DNA of 64,000 nt from Mayamaea pseudoterrestris (lineage: Eukaryota): the NCBI GenBank assembly GCA_027923505.1, contig BROI01000002.1, positions 2,604,001 through 2,668,000 on the forward strand, given 5' to 3'. A program made the translations under genes and the position numbers. Below the pieces are notes generated by a model that did no database searches, was not told the origin of the DNA, and saw only the letters and a program-made list of their open reading frames with translations. Shown one piece after another: positions 23,251-32,949 of the stretch (within the stretch, counting starts at the first letter, position 1; each line of letters begins with the position of its first letter).

Positions 23251-26200
23251 ATGGCAAAAATTTGCAAGAAATCATCCTCCTCCAAGCCCAGCCGGAAGCG
23301 GCCGTCACCCTTTCGCATCAAGGTCGGATCAGTCGTAGCGCTCCGCATGCAATCGACCGGAAATTCAATATCCATCTGTTCCGAAAGAAATTCTACACTA
23401 CAGGCCATTAAGTTTCTCAACTATTCATACGTTTGGGCGGCTCCGGTTCCAGGACGCGATGAAGGACTCGCACTGCTCGGCAAGTGCGTTCGCCTTTTTC
23501 TCCCAAAGAAGGCTGTGCCCGATCCATCACGACGCGTTCTGGAAGGACAAGTCGTTGGAGTTCATCATTTAAAACCAAACAAGATTCATTTGCTCGTTGA
23601 TCAAGCGACAGCCGACGCCTTTCCATTTATAACTAAAGTACCTGAATCACTGTCAGTGTCTGCACCTGACGCAAGCCGCAGCAAGTCGGCGCGGAAGCAT
23701 GCCGCACTCGAGGAGCGAATCAGAGGCGCCAACAAGGTACTACTGCAAATAAAATTGAGTGCTCCTGGGCCGGCATTTAAGATAAAAAGCGATCAAGCAA
23801 AATCGATACAATGGGCCGTCCTCAAACTGGTACCGAACAAGCTATTTCGCGAATCGACTGACTCTGCAGCTGATCCAAGAGCATCTCTTAATAACGACAC
23901 TTCATCAATCACAGCGTCAAAACAGTCTATCTTACATAAACAACTAAAAGCCTCAGTCAAGCATGTCGGTGATGGTCGCGACTCTACCGAGCAGCAGGTA
24001 AATAACTGGAGGTGGCTGACAAGTCGATACCATGACTCTCTCTTTCGTAACGTTTGTTGGACTATTCCACCAATGCCCCTGAATGGTAAAAACGATATGA
24101 CTACTTTATGTTCAAATGACATAACAATTTACTCTCAGATACTGTCGGCTGGATTTATTGGAGTTGTCAAGCAAATCAATGTTGTTGGCGCAAGCACTGG
24201 GTCATTGGCGTCGGTGACAATCGAGCGACTTATACTGCCGCAGCATACAGCGGCAATGACAAAACAAAACGTTCAACTTGTATATAAAGATTATGATCAT
24301 CATAATTTACTACTGCATGTGCCGATTGAGCAATTGGTGGTTATTGCCAACTCATTGGAGCTACAGGCAACAGTCACGATGGAAGATTCACTGCAGTCGT
24401 CACCTCCCGACGACCCACACATGCTCAACCGGATGCTTTGTTCACATGCATATTCCTTGCAACATGATACATATTTTCCTTTCAATATCGAAACTCCGAA
24501 AGAAGCACCAATTAAGCATCCATGCCATCGCTGCCGAAGGGTTTCGAACGATCCCATCGAGTGCAAGTCTTCCATCTGTCCCTTGCTGGGTCCACATGGA
24601 CAATGCACAAGAGCTTGGTGCAATACATGTCTTATGGAACTTGAACAACAAGAAGCCACTAGCGAACGATTTCCCTGCTGTCATTTACGTTGCGACTGCC
24701 ATCGGTGCATGTCATTCCTTGGGTCAACGTTGCAGGATGACCTTTTTGCAGCAGTGGCGGCTGCGAGCAAGAAAAATGCTGTCAAAATACCCAAGCTCAA
24801 CGAAAGCACACTCCTGTTTCCGCTAGCCACTGTAAACACGATTGATAATGTTGATTTTAATCTTCCGCGCTTCTTGCTCGATTCTGTCGATCATCCCATA
24901 CCCAGGGCGCAATCCAGTCGGACCAAGCCGTCGAGTTCAAGGCGAATAATGCGAATCTACGACAAAGCCATTCGCAAGCCAAAAGCTATGAGCAAATCGT
25001 CGAAGAGACAATCTAATGAGAAGCGCAAAGTTCTTATTGTTGAGGACTATACCTGCTTTAAGCCGACGTGCGCGCGGCACGTTGGATTTGATGATGCTTC
25101 TCAACTTTGCAAGCATATAAACCAATCGCAGCTAAATCCCAGTTCTGTTTGTGTTTATTCGGATCGATCTCGGAACATGCGCGAAGTGCTGAAAGAGCAG
25201 CGACGAGAATTTCCTTCCGAAAAGGAGGACAAACCAAATACAGGCAACCGGGCAGCGAGAGCAAATCAACGACGTTTTATGAAAAATGTGTCTCTTCTTG
25301 GTTCAAGCGCTTTAACTGTCGATACTCTTGCAACTCGGGAGCCACAGATTCGGTTCGACCGAAGCAGCATACATGCTTGGGGCGTGTTTGCCGACGAGGA
25401 CATTGCCGCTGAAGAAATGATTATTGAGTACAAAGGCGTACTGATATCCAACACCGTAGCCGAGAAACGAGAGAAGCTGTATGAAGTTGAAAAGATTGGC
25501 AGTGATTATATGTTTCGCATTGACTCCCATAGTGTTTGCGATGCAACTAAGGAGGGCAATGTTGCTCGCTTCATCAACGCAAGCTGCGATCCAAAGTACG
25601 TAGAGGGAGCTACACCATTTGCATTCACCCATCAACCCCTCATCTAACTCACCTTCAATCTGTTTATCGACAGCTGCTACACTAAAATCATCACTATTGA
25701 CGGAACGAAACGCATCGTTATCTATTCAAAGCGAGCTGTCGTGGCAGGCGAGGAGCTTGCGTACGATTACAAATTTCCTTTGGAGTACGATCCGAGCAAA
25801 CGAATCTCATGTCATTGCGGAGCAAAGGATTGCCGTGGCTATATGAACTGGGACAAGAAATTTGTCGTCGTGCCGGATGAAGAAAAACTTGTTGCAGATG
25901 ATGACGGCAACGCGAAAGCGGACCATTGTTTTGACGATATCAGCCCTGCCGACGCTTCGCGACCTGGCGACGACGACAGCGTTTCCGAGATGGCTTCTTT
26001 TGCGTCGGACGGCTGCACTTTTACAGATAAGAACGAGACGAATGGGGCACTTATTAGTGGATCGCCCGTGTCAGCCAGTGTGACCACCATGGCGAGTGAA
26101 AAAGTCGTTGGAGAAGATGGAGTTGAGAGCTACAAGGACAAGGGAAATGCACTTTTGACACCCGTTGAAATCAGCCGCATCAAGCGCACTCAAGACGACT

Positions 26201-26343
26201 CGGAGGAGTTTACCAACAATATGAAGGTAATTTTACCTTCTTTATCTGCGGCGAGTACGCAAAGCAAGGAACTTGCGAACTATGCTCCATCTTGCAAACG
26301 CTTAAAAATGGTTGTGGAAGCGCCAAGGCCAGATCGCGGTTGA
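23251..26343 (+). CDS. SET1/COMPASS-type histone H3K4 methyltransferase; intron 25596-25673 (~1004 aa)
   Basis: n-SET-like RAARANQRR, SET motifs SSIHAWGVFA, IEYKG, GSDYMFRID, GNVARFINASCDPNCY and GEELAYDYKF, post-SET CHCGAKDCRGYMN, and an upstream Cys-rich segment. Confidence 0.88.
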
Positions 26344-26620
26344 TTGGTCCAATTGATAAGAATTCATAGAGCTAGCTATTGACCACCATTTGCAAAAAGG
26401 TAACTGTAGGTTAGATATATATCGTGGGTGGAAACGTATGTTTATTTAACGGAATCAAGTGAAATTCAACTCATCTCCCGCCACTTGTGGAACTTCACGA
26501 CGCAGATCGGGTGATGATTGGTGATTAATGAGCTGTTAACATTGAGTGAAATGGATGCAGACGACATGTAGATTCATAATGCGACATACCACACCCGACT
26601 GGTGTTGCACTTGTTGTCGT

Positions 26621-27103
26621 TTAAATCATGATCACCTGAAGTTTGTCGGTCGACTCCTTGACCAATTTAACGACCTGCTCCACTCGTTCCGCATATTCAG
26701 CGGTTCGCTCAGTCTTCAAAACGAGACTGTTGCGAGTCGCTTGGCTCTTCTTCATGCTCTCCCGCAACTTTCGGCTCGTAACTTGGAGGCGGTCGAAGAA
26801 GGATCCAGTCAGATCCTCGTCGATGCTGTCATCGCTCGAGGAGGTGGACGAAGAACTTGAATAGGCCAAGCCCGGAAGCAAGTCACCATGTTCGTTGTAT
26901 CCCAGTAGATCCAGTGATGGAAGATCACAAAAATCCATGAGAATCTCGTCGGTACTTGAGAAGGATGCGGTTGGTAGGCCTTGGGCGACGTGCATGCCAT
27001 TGTCCTCCGTCATGTCCTCGTCGCACCAGTCGCCAAGCATCATCTCGTCATCATCCGAATGCACCAACTCGTAGAGTTCGTCGTCGATTGCCATGGCTGC
27101 CAT
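26621..27103 (-). CDS. Hypothetical acidic protein with C-terminal coiled coil
   Basis: 160-aa ORF from MAAMAIDDELYE with D/E-rich N-half and helical C-half (RKLRESMKKSQATRNSL). Confidence 0.55.
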   Translation of the reverse strand: MAAMAIDDELYELVHSDDDEMMLGDWCDEDMTEDNGMHVAQGLPTASFSSTDEILMDFCDLPSLDLLGYNEHGDLLPGLAYSSSSSTSSSDDSIDEDLTGSFFDRLQVTSRKLRESMKKSQATRNSLVLKTERTAEYAERVEQVVKLVKESTDKLQVIMI

Positions 27104-27799
27104 TATTGTAGTGGATGAAAGGTGCTTCTGTTTTGCAGATCTCGAGATTGTGGCATGTAGGATTGGACCCGACCAAAAGTCAGATCGGCAAGTCGGTCGA
27201 ACTTTGTTTGCCCGCAAGATTCAACACAGGACTTTGAAAACTTACGCCTTGTGACCATGCCACTACTGATAAACCGAATTGACGTTTCTCGATGGATGAA
27301 TCGGCAGCGTCATTTTGTGGGGTCACGAATACCATTGCCCAATTAGTCATTTCAAATTTCTGCAAACGTGAAACGACGGAGTTTTGCTTGTCCCGTCTAC
27401 CAAATGACCAAAAAGAACAAGCGTCACACAAAGGCCCACGGAGTTTGCGATCGGAGAAAGCAAGGGCCTCTTATGATGCCAGTTTGTCTCCAACTGGTTG
27501 CGAAACAGGTTCGAGCCACTTCTTGCGCTATAGTGCATAAATCGACTCCGCGGGTCTTCGGGTTTACGTTGCAGTTTGAGCTATCCGGAACCGGAGGAAC
27601 CTCAATCCCGAACAGCTGACAGCTATTCGCGCGGATGACTGGATACCGGTAAGCTTGACAGCGCAACTTCAATGGCCACCCTGAAAGCGGGCCTCTTTCT
27701 AGCGGAGACCGGAGGGTGGTTTTGGCTTCCACACAAGTCCATCGTCTCGCAAACAAAATAAGCCGACTCCACTATAACTAACAAGCTTGTACACGTCGT

Positions 27800-28252
27800 A
27801 TGAGTTCGCCTCCCAAGAGTATTCTCAAGCAGGACGACTCGCAAAAGTCATTGTCAAAGCATGTGCAATTTAGTGACCTAACAATCTTCGAATTTCATTC
27901 CATCTTGGGCGATAATCCAGCCGTCTCGGATGGCAGTCCATTGACCCTTGACTGGATGCATGAATCACAGACGACCCTGCCCATCCACATTCATGAGTTT
28001 GCCAAGAAGTCAAGGCCACGTCGCAAGAGAAAGGAGATGCGTCTGAGCTCTGCTGCGCGGGATATGTATTTGCTTTCCGAGGGCTATACATTGGAGCAAC
28101 TGCTTAAAGCCGCTGAAGCTACCAAGCATGCTCAGGAGCAGCGCCGTGCCAGCATGAAGGGCACGAGCTGGGACCGTTTTCGGAAGGCGGTCGACGGATT
28201 TAAGGTGGACGGATTTAAGCTTCAGAAGAAGGTGGCCGGAACTGCCGCTTAA
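27800..28252 (+). CDS. Small protein with SILK and RVxF-type motifs and a GDNPxV motif (possible PP1 regulator)
   Basis: KSILK, KHVQF and ILGDNPAVSDGSPLTLDW in a clean 150-aa ORF. Confidence 0.7.
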   Translation: MSSPPKSILKQDDSQKSLSKHVQFSDLTIFEFHSILGDNPAVSDGSPLTLDWMHESQTTLPIHIHEFAKKSRPRRKRKEMRLSSAARDMYLLSEGYTLEQLLKAAEATKHAQEQRRASMKGTSWDRFRKAVDGFKVDGFKLQKKVAGTAA

Positions 28253-28440
28253 GTGTCGTTGCACTGAACCTTCGCGCATACAATCTTATAATTTCATAAC
28301 CGATAGTCAAGATTATCGCAACGCTAAAGTACCTTTATATACTATTTTGCAGTTGTGGGTTTATGCTGCCTTAACTTGAGGTGATTGCAGCGGATGCTGG
28401 GAGCAGAATCAACGCATGCGATAAGCAGGTAAACCTTCCT

Positions 28441-30360
28441 TTACACTTGATCTTCAGCTTTATCTCCATTTCGAACCACACTGGTATCAACCTGAAAATT
28501 ATGCTGATAGAAATCTTTGCGCTCATTGAAAGCGCTCGCGCGTAGCTGTTCCCTTTGAGCGTTAGCGCGCTCAGCCAACAATGCTTCGGTTGCTTGCACA
28601 AGTATTCTGTATTCGTCGAGGAGCGGTCCAAGATCAATGACTCGCAAATCATCGGGTCGCGCAGTCAAGTATGCGTAGGAACGATTGAATCCAGGAGGCA
28701 GAATCTCATCCAGCCCGACAATATCAGAATGATTCTTTCTCCTGCCAACGTTCATTCTAATATCGATGCATTCGCCGTCAGAGTTGTATGCCTGACCACT
28801 TTCCTGTAATTCGTGCCATCGACGAGCCCATTTCAGATCAACAGTTTCTCCTTGCTCCCTCGCTCGTCGAATTGCAACGGGTGGAATGGGCGCCATGGCG
28901 GGCAAGTGTAAATCACCCATAATGTCCGGAAGTTCAACAACGTTGCTATTCGAAAGACGTTCCTGCATCTTAGCAGCACACAGCGCCATGCCTTGCTTCC
29001 ATTCGGTCGGTGACATATTAAGAGGCTGTTCCAAGTCTAACTCAAGGAGAAATTGGACGGCACCATACAAGTTCGTAAATGCATATCCTGCCTCACCTCG
29101 CAGATACTCTTTTTCAGCAAGCTCTTCCACCAGTTTTAGATTAGACATGATATTTCTTGGTCGAGCTTGGATGACGACGAACACGAATGTTGGCAACACG
29201 TCATCGGCGCTTGGACCTTTGCCATTTCCATCGGCTTGCATTGCGGCGCGAAGAGCGACATTAACGCTGTGGTAGAGTGCCAGAACTTGCTGCAATTTGT
29301 CATACACAGAATAGTACCTGTCAATTGATTGTAACGCTATAATGGATTGCGAAGCATCAACGGATTCAACGTTCGCATCCAAGTGTTTCAACGTTAGAAA
29401 CTGTAAAGTCCCTAACCGGGTCTGAAAGTCCGCTTCAGCTTGCTGTGAACCATGCGACTTATACAAAGCCGCAATTTGGTGGTAGCATTGTCCATAAAAC
29501 AAAGCTTCTAAACAGCGTTTGAGTTGCTTATGGTTTTGCAGCGAAGTCTGCTGCTGCACTTGCGAGAACATCGAAGTGATCGTCGACTTCAGTTGCGACG
29601 GCGCAGTCTCTTTACTCAGATTTAGCAGTCGCAACGTCTTCCGCATGGATTCGACGAGCATACTGCAAGATGGCTCATGCAATGCTTTCCAAAATTGTGA
29701 ATATGCGACCAGATAATCATCGTTTGACGAGGACAGCTCAGTGTCCAATATCTCCTGACCTGTCGGATATATGGCGTTGCTCTCAAGTCCATTGACAACG
29801 CTTTGAATGTGCTTCTGTACGTGTGCATAATCCTGAGTACTGTTGATATGGTATAGATCCTTCAACAATGCAGCAGCAGTTGGGAGCTTGCTGAGAGCGT
29901 AAGTCCGCTCAAGAGCTTGCAACGAACTATCAGTGTAAAGCTCGTCTCTGTCGCTAGTCTCATAAGGCGTAGGAACTAGACCAAGCCATTTCTTTCTTGA
30001 TTCTCTTGCTTCCAGAATTAACTGCTGTTTTCGCTCAGCAGTCACAGCTTTGCTGGAAGCGATTGACTGCGGGTCGTGTACGAGTACATCATCGGCACTA
30101 GCGTTGTGAGCGAGTGGTGTCGAGTCTTGCGCCGACGAGGAACCAGGAGAATCAGTGCTTTTAAGGTGGTTATTTGTAAAAGCCAATGTGATATTACCAG
30201 AATTTGTATCGTTGTCATCAGTGATACTAGTAGTAGAAGGTGTGGGACGAGCGATTGAGGACCCACCGAACGTCGTCGCTGCCTGTGTTCCCTCGTCGTT
30301 CGAAAATACTGTGTCCTCCACCGTTTTGAAGTCGACATTTTCCACCTCTTCCTTTTCCAT
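28441..30360 (-). CDS. VPS9-domain Rab5 guanine nucleotide exchange factor
   Basis: VPS9 signature SADDVLPTFVFVVIQARP..MSNL..GEAGYAFTNLYGAVQFL. First plausible ATG at 30360. Confidence 0.88.
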   Translation of the reverse strand: MEKEEVENVDFKTVEDTVFSNDEGTQAATTFGGSSIARPTPSTTSITDDNDTNSGNITLAFTNNHLKSTDSPGSSSAQDSTPLAHNASADDVLVHDPQSIASSKAVTAERKQQLILEARESRKKWLGLVPTPYETSDRDELYTDSSLQALERTYALSKLPTAAALLKDLYHINSTQDYAHVQKHIQSVVNGLESNAIYPTGQEILDTELSSSNDDYLVAYSQFWKALHEPSCSMLVESMRKTLRLLNLSKETAPSQLKSTITSMFSQVQQQTSLQNHKQLKRCLEALFYGQCYHQIAALYKSHGSQQAEADFQTRLGTLQFLTLKHLDANVESVDASQSIIALQSIDRYYSVYDKLQQVLALYHSVNVALRAAMQADGNGKGPSADDVLPTFVFVVIQARPRNIMSNLKLVEELAEKEYLRGEAGYAFTNLYGAVQFLLELDLEQPLNMSPTEWKQGMALCAAKMQERLSNSNVVELPDIMGDLHLPAMAPIPPVAIRRAREQGETVDLKWARRWHELQESGQAYNSDGECIDIRMNVGRRKNHSDIVGLDEILPPGFNRSYAYLTARPDDLRVIDLGPLLDEYRILVQATEALLAERANAQREQLRASAFNERKDFYQHNFQVDTSVVRNGDKAEDQV

Positions 30361-30813
30361 GTTGAAGACAAGTAACTGCCAATAGTCTACCGGTAGCTCC
30401 CGCAACTTGCGTAATGTTTTGACCGTTCGTTGATCGTGAGTGAGTTCCGTCGTCGTCTCCACTGCCGCTGCGATATGCGTTTCGGTTTCACTCGTGACCT
30501 GACTGTGTTTAGCAGCGCATGCGCCATTGATCGACCAATTCAAACCGTGCTTGGCGGGAGTGATTTCGAACCTTCTCTAGCGACCACTAAACACCATCCC
30601 AACGCACCATTGCTCTATGTAACTCTCCAAATCCCGGAAGTATGGGCGACCCTCACTTCTAAATACACCTTCATGGTTGTATATCGCACATTTCGGCGAC
30701 GCGTGGCTGCTAACGCTCCACAGGTTTTTTGCGAGGAACGCGGTCGGCGGCTCAACAAAATCACAACTTCCACGGTCGCAGTCACCATCACCGCATCAAC
30801 GAGTATCATCATC

Positions 30814-31264
30814 ATGGTTTTTAAGAAGCTTCGTCAAACTCTCAGCCGAAAGAAGGTTGACAAGAAGGCTGCGGATTCCAAGGTTGAATCGGTATGTAGT
30901 AGTTTCATAGCAGCGCTAACTGCAAGATGCAAGTTGTCCCTCTTCTAGCGAAGAATGTTCGCGCGGCTTGTCGACTTTGAACTATGATCATCTATCCTAA
31001 CTCAATCCTTGTAAAATACCACAGCAACCCGAACAGGCACCGCCCAAGGAAGAGGAAAAGGTTGAGGACTCTCCTGCTGATTCGAGAGAGGAAGGAAGCA
31101 AGTCTCCAACACCCGAAGAGCAATCGCAAAGCGCGCCCGTCGCCGAGGACTCTCCGGTCCAGCCAATTGAGGAGGAAGTGCCTGAGTCGACGACTCAAAC
31201 TGAGGATGACAAGGCACAGAAAGAGGCATTAAACTGCTGCGGAGTATCCATCGCGGTGGAGTAA
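30814..31264 (+). CDS. Small two-exon protein (105 aa): basic N-terminus, acidic middle, C-terminal di-Cys; intron 30892-31024
   Basis: MVFKKLRQTLSRKKVDKKAADSKVES|QPEQAPPKEEEKVEDSP...KEALNCCGVSIAVE*. The gtatgt...acag intron joins the exons in frame. Confidence 0.65.
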
Positions 31265-31719
31265 GGGAGCAAGGAACTCATGGTTTTCGGGTCGGTCGGC
31301 AATTGAAAACTGTATTTGGCGATTGATGGGAAGGTGAATCAGCGTTACTCGATGTGGAAGAAGATGACGCGAGGAGCACAACATCAGTCGTTAGTATATG
31401 TTTATCTGAATTGCTTCAACATCTATAAAAATTTGTCGTTTAATAAAATAAATCTACTTGTGGTTTATAAACGCGTAGTCTTTCGCACCTATACTGGTTT
31501 GGGTTGCACGGCTGCGCGATGCGTCTCGACAAGCGATGAACATTATTTGCTCATCTCGCACTTATTTGCAAGGTCACTTTGCCAGAACGCTGAACAATGT
31601 TCGATGAATGCCGGCAACCTATGAGATGCTAACTGCCCATTGGCATAACACCATTTGTGCTAGATTTACTAACTGCTCTTGTTAATTATAGTGCTTGGTT
31701 AGTGCTTGGTTACATTAAG

Positions 31720-32577
31720 GATGTGTACCCCTGATAAAGTGCAACGATACCACTCGTAGCTCGTCTCTTCCATGCCTGCCTGTTGCATGCGAAGTCGTAG
31801 CACGTCTTGGTTGGGCATTTGTCTAATACTTTCCACAAGATATTGGTAAGATGCCCTATTTTTAGCCACTAATTCTCCCAAGGTTGGCAATAGATGGAAT
31901 GAGTAGATGTCATATACTTGTCGCAGTAGTGGATTCGGAATGTTGGGAGTAAACTCGAGACAGAAGAAGTACTCAATTTGCTTCGCGCAAGGCTGCATCC
32001 ATGTCTGTCACGTTGCGAAGTTTAAAAGCAATTGTATAAAGGTCAAAAGAGTCATCAGCAAACTGGTGACATTCCTGTGCATTCCTTGAACAAACTGCAG
32101 CTTTTGACTGTCTTGAATGGCGCTTCCATACTTATCAATCGCGCGGCTTTGTCCAAACGAAGCAATCCTTCTTAATGTCGCAGACTACAATCTGAACATT
32201 TGCAGTTGGATCCTTATCAAGGTTAGTTGCTTGCAGGAATCGAAAGGCAATGTCGCCAGTTCCTCCGGCAACGTCGAGGATTCTGTAGTCGTCATTTTGT
32301 TCTCTGGACCTGAAAAGGACTGCGGCAATATCCTTGAGATGCGTAGCATCTAAAAGATAGTTTTTCCACAGCGATGGATTCCACCTGATATGACATCGTT
32401 CATGAGATCATAATTGTCAGCAACCTTTTCGAAAACGTCGCAAACGCGCTCCTGCTTTTCGTGGATCGGTACTTGCTCAAAACCGAAGTGTGTCGTAGTG
32501 TTGGCCGTCGAGAGGCAGAGATTGACGACGTGTTTGCGCTATACTCTTAAAATGGTTGATCACGCTACTTGCATCAT
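31720..32577 (-). pseudogene. COQ5: COQ5/UbiE C-methyltransferase pseudogene
   Basis: Motifs [59 protein letters not shown] and SYQYLVESIR are spread over different frames. In-frame stops, at least 3 frameshifts, and the KPGG segment is missing. Confidence 0.85.
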
Positions 32578-32684
32578 GGCAGCGGATAAGTTGTGGAGGT
32601 GTGCCAAACTGCAGCGCATGTATGATCGGCTTTGATTTTGATTCGTTCGCCTTCGTTCAATCAGTGCCACATAAGAACTCTTCA

Positions 32685-32863
32685 TGACGTAATTGACACT
32701 GGCATTCGTTTCGTATTATTGCCTTGTGACGTAATTGACACTAGCACTCGTTTCATACTACTGCCTTATGACGTAGTTTTCACTGGCACTCGTTTCATAC
32801 TATTGCCTTACGACGTAATTGACACTGGCACTCGTTTCATACTATTGCCTGGTGGCGTAATCA
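32685..32863 (+). repeat. 42-bp minisatellite array B (4 full units + 11-bp partial), same family as array A
   Basis: Units start at 32685, 32727, 32769, 32811 and 32853. Same consensus as 22914-23092. Confidence 0.97.
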
Positions 32864-32949
32864 CGTGGCTTGGGCGCCAAAGGCTATCGCTCCAAGCAAC
32901 CATGGCCCGAAGTGCATAACTTCTTTTTCTACTCCGCCATGCTTGTATC

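Noticed and set aside
27500..27530. tRNA suggested by ggttcgagcc (T-loop/B-box-like)
   Set aside because: No cloverleaf, acceptor stem or A-box could be built around it.
31720..32577. Selenocysteine or readthrough explanation for the TGA codons in COQ5
   Set aside because: Frameshifts, a TAG stop and deletions co-occur, and the TGAs are not at Cys positions.
22914..32863. LTR retrotransposon bounded by the two TG...CA arrays
   Set aside because: No target-site duplication, PBS or PPT seen, and the interior holds ordinary cellular genes with no gag/pol.
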